A stretch of 54,773 nucleotides of DNA from an archaeon (GTDB taxonomy: Archaea > Nanobdellota > Nanobdellia > Woesearchaeales > UBA11576), in contig JAGVOD010000112.1 in NCBI GenBank assembly GCA_020052935.1, forward strand, positions 1 to 54,773. Reading direction: 5' to 3'. This document shows, piece by piece, positions 16,518 through 25,484 of this stretch (positions are counted from its first letter, which is position 1; every line of letters starts with the position of its first letter). The translations under genes and the position numbers were made by a program. The notes under the pieces are model-generated. The model ran no database searches, had not been told where the DNA came from, and saw nothing but the letters and a program-made list of their open reading frames with translations.

Positions 16518-17519
16518 TCAGTTTGTGAATATCATCATCGCATCGCCAAAAGAATAGAACCTATATCTCTCTTTTACTGCAATCTCGTATGCGTGCATCA
16601 CGTTGTCGAGGCCGATGAGGGCTGCGATGAGCATGATCAATGTTGATTTCGGGAGATGGAAGTTCGTTATCATGATGTCTGGCTTCAGCTTCCACTTGTA
16701 GCCTGGATAGATGAATATGCTGGTCGACTTCTTTGCTGCGTGGATGATGCCCATGTCATCTGCTGCGGACTCGAGGCTGCGGAGAGAGGTTGTGCCGACG
16801 ACGATGAGGCGGCCTTTCCTGTTGTTGATTTTCTCTGCTGCTTCCTCTGTTATCTCGAACCATTCCTCATGCATCACGTGCTTCTCTATGTCTTCTGTCT
16901 TAACAGGAAGGAAAGTGCCGTAAGAGACATGCAATGTGACCTTGACTATCTCTACGCCGAGACGTTCTACGTCGCGCAGCAGTTCTGGAGTGAAGTGGAA
17001 GCCTGCTGTCGGCGCTGCGATGCTGCCTGACTTCTTCGCGAACACTGTCTGGTACTGCTCTCTACTCGCTTTCTTCTTGATGTAAGGCGGAAGAGGCATC
17101 TCGCCGATCTTCTGCAATGCTGCATCAAGGTCTTCTGTGTTGAACATCACTTCAAACAATCCGTCGCTGCCGCCTGTGACCTTGGCTTTGATATCGTTCG
17201 AGAATACGAACTCTGTGCCTGGCTTTATCTTGTTGGTCTTGATCATGCACTCGTACAACCTTGGTCCGAGCTTCTTCGAGACCAAGAATTCTGCAGGAGA
17301 GCCCGTTGTCTTCCTGCCTAAAAGCTTGACCGGCTCCACTTTCGTGTCGTTCAGGACAAGCACGTCGCCTTTCTTCAGATAAGATATGATATCTTTGAAG
17401 GTCTTGTGCTCAATCTTGCTTCCTTTTACAATCATAAGCCTGCTACTATCTCTTGGATCAGCAGGTTCTTGCGCAATCAGCTCCTTCGGAAGATGATAGT
17501 CGAACTGGGAAAGCTTCAT
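16518..17519 (-). CDS. queA: S-adenosylmethionine:tRNA ribosyltransferase-isomerase
   Basis: MKLSQFDYHLPKELIAQEPADPRDSSRLMIV start, PLPPYIK, AAPTAGFHFT, and full-length collinearity with the QueA family. Confidence 0.9.
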   Translation of the reverse strand: MKLSQFDYHLPKELIAQEPADPRDSSRLMIVKGSKIEHKTFKDIISYLKKGDVLVLNDTKVEPVKLLGRKTTGSPAEFLVSKKLGPRLYECMIKTNKIKPGTEFVFSNDIKAKVTGGSDGLFEVMFNTEDLDAALQKIGEMPLPPYIKKKASREQYQTVFAKKSGSIAAPTAGFHFTPELLRDVERLGVEIVKVTLHVSYGTFLPVKTEDIEKHVMHEEWFEITEEAAEKINNRKGRLIVVGTTSLRSLESAADDMGIIHAAKKSTSIFIYPGYKWKLKPDIMITNFHLPKSTLIMLIAALIGLDNVMHAYEIAVKERYRFYSFGDAMMIFTN

Positions 17520-17566
17520 GTACCAAAGAAATCGGCGAGATGTTTATAATACTTTTCAGAGATTCC

Positions 17567-17796
17567 GCAGTGCCACGCCATGCTACGCTTTGCTTCGCAA
17601 AACCGAGGCCTGGCCGCAAAGCCACGCCCTACTTCGCTCGCCAAGCGAGCTCTCGTGCCGCCACGCCCGCATGAATATTTTTTACGAAGTTAATCCAAAA
17701 AATTCCAATTATTTCAGTTACTAAATTTGCCGCAATAGCGGGCTGATTAGGCGGCAACGGTCGTGGCTTTGCTCGAGTTATTGGCGGTGGCACTGC
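17567..17796 (+). repeat. scaffold element, subfamily 1, copy 3 (core 17616-17772 plus an extra outer stem)
   Basis: Core helix GCAAAGCCACG (17616-17626) / CGTGGCTTTGC (17762-17772). Also CCCTACTTCGC (17627-17637), hairpin GCTCGC-CAA-GCGAGC and the AT-rich core. Outer stem GCAGTGCCACGCCA (17567-17580) / TGGCGGTGGCACTGC (17782-17796). Confidence 0.75.
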
Positions 17797-17825
17797 TCTA
17801 ATTGAATCAGCTAAACAGAAAACCT

Positions 17826-18155
17826 TCAGAGAAGCCTGTCCTCAGGGACAAAGTTGCCTGAGCCGCAGTTCGGGCAGAGATTTATCGGGAAATCCTTCTT
17901 CCTGGAGAAGTGGAACTTGCAGTCATAGCAGTAATACTTCGCCTTCTGCATGGCCATGGCCTGCCTGCGCCTGAACTCAAGCTCAGCATCCTCTGACTTG
18001 CGCTTGGTATGGCAGGGGGAACAGAAGACCTGAGAGCCGTCTGTCATCATCAATGCTTCAGGGAACTCAAAACCGCACCTAGAACATGAGCGCATAGGCT
18101 CTGGAATCTCCTCTTCCCTGTTGAATATCCCTTTAAACCAGTCACCGAGCCCCAT
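17826..18155 (-). CDS. double zinc-ribbon protein (109 aa), unknown function
   Basis: Two CxxC...CxxC pairs (CSRCG..CSPCH and CYDCK..CPNCG). Confidence 0.6.
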   Translation of the reverse strand: MGLGDWFKGIFNREEEIPEPMRSCSRCGFEFPEALMMTDGSQVFCSPCHTKRKSEDAELEFRRRQAMAMQKAKYYCYDCKFHFSRKKDFPINLCPNCGSGNFVPEDRLL

Positions 18156-18231
18156 TATGTCAATAACGTGATAGAACTTATTTATAAATTTTTGGTGGAG
18201 TATTTATATGGAATTAAGACGTTTAAATAGA

Positions 18232-18693
18232 CTAAATCCGCCTTCTCGACTCGTGGAAAAGGGCGTAGCTGGTCTCGGTACGCTTGATACCAGGGACTTT
18301 CCTTATCTTGTCCAGGACCAACGTGCTGAGCGTCCTTATGCTCTCAAGCCTGATCTTCAGGATCAAGTCAAACCTGCCTGTGACAAAAGAGACATCCTCC
18401 ACCTCAGGGATCTTCCATATGATCTTTGACAGGCTCTCGGTGTTGAGGCCGGCCTTCTCCATCTCATTCATGTCGTATGTCATAAGGATATAGACGACGA
18501 CATCCCTGTGGACTGTCTTATAATCGACGTCAATCGTATACGCCCTGATGACCTTGTTGTCCTCAAGCCTCTTCAGCCTGTTGTGCACTGTCGTGACAGG
18601 GATGCCTGTCTGCTTAGAGAGCTGATACGTCGAGAGACGGCTGTTCTTGTTCAGCGTCTGCAGGATCCTGAGGTCTTTGTCATCCAAATCCAT
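18232..18693 (-). CDS. Lrp/AsnC family transcriptional regulator
   Basis: MDLDDKDLRILQTLNKNSRLSTYQLSKQTGIPVTTVHNRLKRLEDNKVI HTH plus a RAM-like C-terminus. I start at Met35 of the track ORF (18693). Confidence 0.85.
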   Translation of the reverse strand: MDLDDKDLRILQTLNKNSRLSTYQLSKQTGIPVTTVHNRLKRLEDNKVIRAYTIDVDYKTVHRDVVVYILMTYDMNEMEKAGLNTESLSKIIWKIPEVEDVSFVTGRFDLILKIRLESIRTLSTLVLDKIRKVPGIKRTETSYALFHESRRRI

Positions 18694-18899
18694 GCTAATT
18701 ATGGAATATTTATTCCAAAATATATAAATTTTGTGATTATAATTGAATGATTGTGTCATGGGGCTGGAAAAAGATTTATTAAGCTTGGAAACCATATGAT
18801 TGTGTTGAGGGAAGATTCCGAAAAAAGATGTCTTGCGCAGCAGCCAGGCCAGGCTGCCAAAAGACCACTAAGTCTATACTTGATGTGATGTAGTCCAAG

Positions 18900-19724
18900 A
18901 TGGATAACCAGACACTAAAAGACGGACTTGCAACATTCAACCTTTCTAAGACAGAGGCAGAACTCGTCCACGAACTCCTCAACAGAGGGACTACACGCAT
19001 AGGCACGCTCATCAAGGCATGCAACAAGCACCGCGGCACAGTCTACAACTGCATGAACCAGCTCATAGCGAAAGGCTTCGTGTCAGTATCCCCTGCTGGC
19101 GGCGCAACCCACTACTCTATAAACGAAGATGCATTCTTGGGAGTGATAGAACAGCACAGGCACAAGATAGATAGCATGGCCCAGTGCGTCCAGGAGATAA
19201 GGAAGATCAAGCAGCTCACAGATACCATGGCCCAGAAGCCAGATACGCCGCTGAGGATGAGCTACGGTCCGCAGTCATTCAAGAACTTCTTCACACGCCT
19301 GCTCAACGAGAATGCAGCAAAAGACGCGACCTACCTGACGTACTGCAACGGCGGCGAGATAAGCAGGTCATTCGGAGACGACTACTACAAGTTCACGCAG
19401 GACCTGAAGACGCAGCTCGGCTCTGACTCCCGGATACTGCTGAATGCAGAGACGAGGACGCAGCCTTACTCCAAATACATACGAGGCAACATAAAATGGG
19501 TGAGGGGAGTGCGCTTCCCGAGCCAATGCTTTGTCCACAACAAGAAATACTACATGGTGGATTGGTCATCACAGCCTATGGTCGTCATAGAGATAGAGAG
19601 CAAGGAGATGGCAGCTTCGCAGCAAGAGTTCTTTGATTCGCTATGGAAGAACAAGGCTATATCTGCAGAAGAGAGGCAGGAGATGGGCGGTGTCGTCGCG
19701 GTGTGCGATGACAAAACTTTATAA
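18900..19724 (+). CDS. TrmB-like transcriptional regulator (divergent)
   Basis: N-terminal wHTH LSKTEAELVHELLNRGTTRIGTLIKACNKHRGTVYNCMNQLIAKGFV. It is divergent from the Lrp gene. Confidence 0.55.
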   Translation: MDNQTLKDGLATFNLSKTEAELVHELLNRGTTRIGTLIKACNKHRGTVYNCMNQLIAKGFVSVSPAGGATHYSINEDAFLGVIEQHRHKIDSMAQCVQEIRKIKQLTDTMAQKPDTPLRMSYGPQSFKNFFTRLLNENAAKDATYLTYCNGGEISRSFGDDYYKFTQDLKTQLGSDSRILLNAETRTQPYSKYIRGNIKWVRGVRFPSQCFVHNKKYYMVDWSSQPMVVIEIESKEMAASQQEFFDSLWKNKAISAEERQEMGGVVAVCDDKTL

Positions 19725-19766
19725 CCGCATCACGCTTTAACATCCACGATTACGGGAGGTGGGAGC

Positions 19767-22700
19767 TTGACAAAAATGAAACTAGCTTTAGCTATATCCA
19801 TACTGGTCTTTCTTTTTGCCATCATGGCGTTCTCTGCTTCTGCGACAGAACAGCGTGATCAATACCAGACGACCAGCACCAACGAGGTCGGCATAGAGTA
19901 CGGCAAGTACGCCAAGCAGTCGTTCGTCGCAGGGCTGGACGGCACGCTGACAAAAGTCCTACTCAAGCTCAGATGGAATGCTCCTGCAACCTGCGCCGCG
20001 GCATATGGATCAGGTTCGAGCTTCTGCAAGATAAAGGTCTATATCCAGGACAGCTCGGAGAGCAGCATCGGAACGAGGGCAGAGTACGACGCTAGCTATA
20101 TGGTAAGCTCTTCAGCCTGGTATGAATTCAGGCCTACAGGAGTGACTTTGGAGAGCGGCAGGACCTACTGGATACACGTCCAGACAGACTACCGCGACTC
20201 GACAGGCGGGGGCCTGAAATGGGGAGTAACTTCAAGCGACCTATACTCCCGAGGCGGATACAAGAGATATGATGGCGGAGTCATATCAAGCTCCTACGAC
20301 ACTGCATTCGAGACCTATATCGACGTGCCATCATGCACCACGACAGCTGGCTGGAAATGCAAGACAGACACACAACGCGGATACCAGAACTCTGACTGTA
20401 CATGGAGCAGCGTGACGAGCTGTGCTACTGGCCAGACATGCAGCGGAGCAGGAGTATGTGCTGCGCCTCTGCCGAACATGGATCTCGAGAGAGTGTACAC
20501 GACACCTGACACAGGAATAAGGCAAGGCACCTCAGTCATGTTCGTGGCTCAGTCGCAGAACAACGGCGTGACAGGATACTTCAAGACCACTTTCCAGCTC
20601 TACAACCCCTCAGGCACGCTGATGGCAAGCAACCCATACATCAGCAGGGCAGACGCAGGGACAGAGCCAAGCACCTACTGGACATACACAATACCCTCAT
20701 CGTGGGCTGATGGAAGATACACGTTTACAGCCACAATCACCAACTGCTCCTCACCAAGCACCTGCCAGCGCAGCATGATATTCAACGTCGGGACCGTGAC
20801 ATGCACAGCTAGCACAAGATGCGACGGCAGCTACCTCGTCACGACGAACACAGACTGCACAGAGACAAGGACACTATGCGTATCAGGATGCTCTTCAGGA
20901 AGATGCAGCGGACCTGATGTCTACATCTATGCATTCACGTTGCAGAATACATCTTATCGTGAACAATACAGCTATCTCCCTGGCGCAAGGATGATATTCA
21001 CTCCGTCGATAAAGAGCAGGAACGGCGTGTCAGGCAGCTATAATGCCTACTACAAGATCTATCAAGGCAGCACAGTCGTGGCGAGCAACTCAGCATCGAG
21101 GACTGCGCCCGCGATTGGCGGAGGCGACAATCCCTCTTGGACACACACCATACCCACAACCTGGTCAGGGACATACACAGCAGAGATGAAGGTAGACCAA
21201 TGCACCAGCGGGTGCAGCTGGAACAGGACATTCACCGTCGGAACGCCGTGCACGGACGCGGACGGCGACGGTTACTTCACAAGCTGCACACCTCTTGACT
21301 GCAACGACGCCAACCGGAACATCAATCCAGGAGCTGTGGAGGTGTGCGGCAATACCGTGGATGAGAACTGCGACGGGTCAGCGCCAGCATGCGTGCCGAC
21401 TGCGGCAAATTTCTCGCTGCTGAGCGTCTCGACGAAACTGGCGAGCGGCGTAGCAAAGACTACCTTCCTCACAACAGACAGGATCATGCTCGTCGACAGG
21501 ATACAGAACTACGGAGCGGCAGGAAACTACACCTGCTACTTCGATGTCTATAACTCTTCTGGAACGAATGTCTGGCCTACGACAAGCACCGCGTATCGGG
21601 CTCCGGGAAGCGCAGTAGATGTCTTCGCGCTCTTCGAGATACCTGATGAATGGAGAGGCACATACACCTTCACAGGCAGAGTGACGCCATGCAGTCCTAG
21701 CACCAACTGCCAGAAGTCCACGACATTCGTGGTGAACAGGGGGTGCATCGCCCAATACACCTGCCAGAACCTGACGCACAGGGCTTATCAGAACACAGAC
21801 TGCAGCATCTCTTGGCCGACGGCCTGCACCGCAGGAAGGGCGTGCAGCGCAGGGACCTGCGTCGCATGCACAGCATCGATGTGCGGAGCCAACGCAAGAT
21901 GCTCGACAACAGGACCTGGATGCCTGTGCAACGCGAACTACGCCAACGCCGACGGGAACTGGTCGAATGGGTGCGAGGTCAATCTGCTCACAGATACAGC
22001 TAACTGCGGAAGGGTCGGCAACGTGTGTGGACCTTTCCAGAGATGCACTTCCGGAACCTGTACAGACCTGTGCACACCATCGATGTGCGGGGCGAACGCA
22101 GGATGCTCTGGAGGAGGATGCGCGTGCAATGCGGATTATGCTAATGTTGACGGAATCTGGGATAATGGGTGTGAGATTGATCTCATGAGCAACCCTGACA
22201 ACTGTGGAACCACAGGCAATGCATGCTCTAGCGATGAGAGGTGCGTCTCAGGGGTTTGTGAAATCATGGACTTCAGCTCTATGATGGGTAAAGGAATAAT
22301 CATGGACCCTATATTCTTCGAGGAGATCGTCACCGCGCTCACAGCAGCAGGCAGAGTGAATATGTATTTCTTTGAAAACGAAAGCGAAAGGGATGCTGAG
22401 ACCCTTGCTGGTGCAGTTGCCGTGTCCCTGAAGAATGATTCATTAGACCTTGCAGAAATAGCAAGTGACGTATCTGACTTCTTAGGATACCCCATCGACA
22501 TTGCTGTCCACAACGACTTGATCGGCGACCACTTCTTCATGCAGGCGGTCCGGAGCGGTGAATATGCGATAATAGAGATTGACGGCCCGACCGATTTCAT
22601 CTTCGTGACTGACAAGAGGGCTGGCGCAAGTATTGCCGAAGCAGAGGGGTTGGCGGGAAATGCCAACAAGGTGTTGACTGCGGGCAATTACATTGCTTCG

Positions 22701-24242
22701 GGAGCGTTTGCAGTGCTTTTTGCATGGGATCACACATCTGGAGGGGGAGATGTGGATGTGCCCAAATTCGCGGTATACGCAGGGGCTAATTTCCTTGCAT
22801 ATGGGGTGCTGCCTCACATGGCTGTAGCACAGTTCATCAAGGTCACCAAGGATTTTGCTTTCGCGGTAGTAGGCCTAGACCCTAGCCAGATAACCTGTGA
22901 CATAACCTCGTTGAACCCTGCGGACCAAGCAGTCTGCACGTTCTGGCTCGCTAACGGCGTGATAGACACACTGACGGATGCTGAGTTACTGGCAGACACC
23001 ATCGATGGCGAATGTGGTATAATGAATGGCCAATTTCCTGTGTGCGTCGAAGGGATAGGCCAAGGCCTCCAGCTATTCTCGCACCCAATCCCCTTGATAA
23101 ACGACGTAACCTACACCATCAGCGGAGACAGGGCCAGGTTCACAGTGGATATCGAGGACTACAACCTCTTCGATGCGCCATTCGACAGCATATGGGTCGG
23201 AGCGACGATAGAGTGCGAAGGCTCTGAAGGATGCAACTATGACCTGCCACCGCAGGCGACGACGTTCAGCTTCAAAGAGCAGAAGGAGATGGTCTTCGAC
23301 TGGGACATACCTGAGACGTTCCTGCGCGAGAGGAACGTCACATTCGTCGTTAAGGTGTGGTACAACTGCCTCGAATGCACTAGCGATGCGCGCGATATGT
23401 ATGAGGCTGCATGTATGGGAGATGGCGTCACCCCAGATGTCATCATGTGTGACTACCTCACCAGATGCACTGCATCAGCGCTCTATACACAATGCAACCC
23501 TTCGGACGACAACGCCTATCGTTGTTACGGAGATAATCTTGACCAGATGCACTATGCATTGGCTGTCGAGAAGGTTGGGTTCAGGGTGCGCAATGAAGTA
23601 CCTATAATAAACAATGTGAGATGCGACTCCCCGACGCTTCTCGGCGTGGACTGCCCTAGCACCATCAACCTCAACGCAGGCGACAGGCTCGTGATGACAC
23701 TATACGCGAACGACATAGACGGAGACCACCTCGAGACCTCTTCAGCAGGCAGCGTCGGAACGACAAAAGAATGCACGAGCGCAGAAGGCTATGATGCCAT
23801 ATGCGACTTCACCCTGCAGACAGACGAGAGCATGGCTGGCGAGCAATGGCTAAGGCTCAATGTGATGGATGGATACAACCTTACTTCGCGCATCTACACC
23901 ATAAATGTCCTTGGTACGACACCACCCACGCCACCCGCACCCACCTACAACATAACACTGGTAGCGCCTACTGCTGGAGCATCGCTCGTGTATGGCACGC
24001 AGACATTCAGGTGGAACCAGGTCAGCGGCGTGACATATTACTACCTGAACCTGTACAACGCTGTGACAGGAGCATACTATTCCAGCATGCCTACTGCGGC
24101 ATCGACGTACTGCTCCGGCGGATTGTGCCAGAGAGCATATGCGCCTGCAAGAGGAAGCTATCTCTGGAACGTCACAGACGCAGGATGGTGGACGACCGGC
24201 GTGAGAAGATGGTCAGAGACGAGAAGGTTCAGTATTGTATAA
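19767..24242 (+). CDS. giant secreted/surface Cys-rich protein (1491 aa) with signal peptide and internal repeats
   Basis: Signal-like KLALAISILVFLFAIMAFSASA, with GGAGGTG 6 nt before TTG 19767 (alternative ATG at 19776). It has three CARDB-like modules of about 110 aa, a Cys/Asp metal-binding-type motif (CTDADGDGYF..CNDANRNINPGAVEVCGNTVDENCDG), and two tandem Cys-rich units of about 68 aa. Confidence 0.8.
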   Translation: MTKMKLALAISILVFLFAIMAFSASATEQRDQYQTTSTNEVGIEYGKYAKQSFVAGLDGTLTKVLLKLRWNAPATCAAAYGSGSSFCKIKVYIQDSSESSIGTRAEYDASYMVSSSAWYEFRPTGVTLESGRTYWIHVQTDYRDSTGGGLKWGVTSSDLYSRGGYKRYDGGVISSSYDTAFETYIDVPSCTTTAGWKCKTDTQRGYQNSDCTWSSVTSCATGQTCSGAGVCAAPLPNMDLERVYTTPDTGIRQGTSVMFVAQSQNNGVTGYFKTTFQLYNPSGTLMASNPYISRADAGTEPSTYWTYTIPSSWADGRYTFTATITNCSSPSTCQRSMIFNVGTVTCTASTRCDGSYLVTTNTDCTETRTLCVSGCSSGRCSGPDVYIYAFTLQNTSYREQYSYLPGARMIFTPSIKSRNGVSGSYNAYYKIYQGSTVVASNSASRTAPAIGGGDNPSWTHTIPTTWSGTYTAEMKVDQCTSGCSWNRTFTVGTPCTDADGDGYFTSCTPLDCNDANRNINPGAVEVCGNTVDENCDGSAPACVPTAANFSLLSVSTKLASGVAKTTFLTTDRIMLVDRIQNYGAAGNYTCYFDVYNSSGTNVWPTTSTAYRAPGSAVDVFALFEIPDEWRGTYTFTGRVTPCSPSTNCQKSTTFVVNRGCIAQYTCQNLTHRAYQNTDCSISWPTACTAGRACSAGTCVACTASMCGANARCSTTGPGCLCNANYANADGNWSNGCEVNLLTDTANCGRVGNVCGPFQRCTSGTCTDLCTPSMCGANAGCSGGGCACNADYANVDGIWDNGCEIDLMSNPDNCGTTGNACSSDERCVSGVCEIMDFSSMMGKGIIMDPIFFEEIVTALTAAGRVNMYFFENESERDAETLAGAVAVSLKNDSLDLAEIASDVSDFLGYPIDIAVHNDLIGDHFFMQAVRSGEYAIIEIDGPTDFIFVTDKRAGASIAEAEGLAGNANKVLTAGNYIASGAFAVLFAWDHTSGGGDVDVPKFAVYAGANFLAYGVLPHMAVAQFIKVTKDFAFAVVGLDPSQITCDITSLNPADQAVCTFWLANGVIDTLTDAELLADTIDGECGIMNGQFPVCVEGIGQGLQLFSHPIPLINDVTYTISGDRARFTVDIEDYNLFDAPFDSIWVGATIECEGSEGCNYDLPPQATTFSFKEQKEMVFDWDIPETFLRERNVTFVVKVWYNCLECTSDARDMYEAACMGDGVTPDVIMCDYLTRCTASALYTQCNPSDDNAYRCYGDNLDQMHYALAVEKVGFRVRNEVPIINNVRCDSPTLLGVDCPSTINLNAGDRLVMTLYANDIDGDHLETSSAGSVGTTKECTSAEGYDAICDFTLQTDESMAGEQWLRLNVMDGYNLTSRIYTINVLGTTPPTPPAPTYNITLVAPTAGASLVYGTQTFRWNQVSGVTYYYLNLYNAVTGAYYSSMPTAASTYCSGGLCQRAYAPARGSYLWNVTDAGWWTTGVRRWSETRRFSIV

Positions 24243-24259
24243 TCTTTTTATTAAATAAG

Positions 24260-24365
24260 TACGGCAGCCGGGACATTCGTGCTTTAAGCATTTCGAACCC
24301 GGGCACCCACCTTGGGAGGGTGAGATCCTTTAGCGCGCATAAGCGGACCGCTAGATGACTGCCGT
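24260..24365 (-). tRNA. tRNA-Gly (anticodon CCC) with two BHB-framed introns (17 nt in the D-loop at 20/21, 18 nt in the T-loop at 59/60); no encoded CCA
   Basis: The minus strand reads ACGGCAG UC AUCU AGCGGU [CCGCUUAUGCGCGCUAA] A GGAU C UCACC CUCCCAA GGUGG GUGC CCGGG UUCGAA [AUGCUUAAAGCACGAAUG] U CCCGG CUGCCGU A. After removing the inserts it is a 71-nt cloverleaf with U8, A14, G15-C48, G18G19, A21, U33, G53-C61 and T-loop UUCGAAU. Confidence 0.85.
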
Positions 24366-24447
24366 ATATTGCTGTTTCTATGTTCAGGGCCGTCTTAAAT
24401 AGTTTTTGGTCAAAATATTTAAAAGCGAGCTTGTCTAGCTTGCATCT

Positions 24448-25404
24448 ATGGCAGATGTACTACCCGGCATCAGGTATGTGATGCAAAACGCGGAACATGT
24501 GAGGATAAATGAGGATAAGATCAAGGAGTTCTGCAGCAAACTCGACCACAAGCATATAAAACACTGGATGACAGAAGCACCATTCGACCTGTCAAAGTTG
24601 AGCAATGATGATAAGCTGAACTTCTTGTTCATATTCAATTCAATAAGCTTCTCTTACTGGGGCAAGCCTAAATGGGCTATCGAATACGCGGACCAGCAAC
24701 TCGACGGGTCTTGGGCGATGATTGCATGCTTAGGCCGAGCCTTCGAGACAAATGCTGCAATGTTCAACCCGGAACATCTCGAGAAAATCCCTAAAGAAGA
24801 GTTCGCGCAGATACTTAAGGGAAACATCGAGATCCCTCTGCTCGAAGAGAGATGGAAGATCCTCAAGCAAGCAGCAGCCATACTCAATGACAGATTCGAA
24901 GGAGAGTTCAAGAATGTGATTGCACTGGCGAACGGAGACGCCCAAAAGCTGCTGGACCTGATAATAAACAATTTCCCTACATTTGAGGATGTGCGAATCT
25001 ACAAAGGCAAGAACATCCACTTCTACAAACGCGCTCAGCTGCTCGTCTCTGACATCTACCAGGCATTCAAAGGGAAGGGATATGGCAGATTGAAGAATAT
25101 AGACAAGCTGACAGCATGTGCAGACTACAAACTGCCCAAGATATTAAGACGGCTCGGCATCCTAGAATATGACACTCAACTTGCTAGTAAGATAGAGTCA
25201 AAAACACCACTGCCAGAAGGAAGTCCAGAGGAAGTCGAGATAAGGGCTGCGACGATATGGGCGACAGAGCTTATCAAGGAAGGACTGAAGAGCAAGCTGC
25301 CTCATGTCGATTCTATCCACATAAACGATCATCTGTGGCTCCTGAGCCAGAACAAGTCGCCTGATGACAAACCATATCACAGGACACGGACCACTTCTTA
25401 CTAG
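24448..25404 (+). CDS. DUF2419 / QNG1-like queuosine salvage protein (queuosine 5'-phosphate N-glycosylase/hydrolase family)
   Basis: FYKRAQLLVSDIYQAFKGKGYG..IDKLTACADYKLPKILRRLGILEY..PEGSPEEVEIRAATIWA closely parallels the conserved core of the DUF2419/C9orf64 family. A TATA-like ATATTTAAAA lies 28 nt upstream. Confidence 0.75.
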   Translation: MADVLPGIRYVMQNAEHVRINEDKIKEFCSKLDHKHIKHWMTEAPFDLSKLSNDDKLNFLFIFNSISFSYWGKPKWAIEYADQQLDGSWAMIACLGRAFETNAAMFNPEHLEKIPKEEFAQILKGNIEIPLLEERWKILKQAAAILNDRFEGEFKNVIALANGDAQKLLDLIINNFPTFEDVRIYKGKNIHFYKRAQLLVSDIYQAFKGKGYGRLKNIDKLTACADYKLPKILRRLGILEYDTQLASKIESKTPLPEGSPEEVEIRAATIWATELIKEGLKSKLPHVDSIHINDHLWLLSQNKSPDDKPYHRTRTTSY

Positions 25405-25484
25405 CGTCAGAGCCTGATTTAACCTGCTGTCTTCTTAAAAAGGTTGCGGAATGTATAAAAGAGCATTGAAGCTGCTTGACAAAT

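Noticed and set aside
19767-24242. Diversity-generating retroelement target (variable region) in the giant surface protein or in the 393-aa surface protein (42838-44019)
   Set aside because: There is no reverse transcriptase gene, and I could find no template-repeat-like near-duplicate of either 3' end in the window. It cannot be excluded without a genome-wide search.
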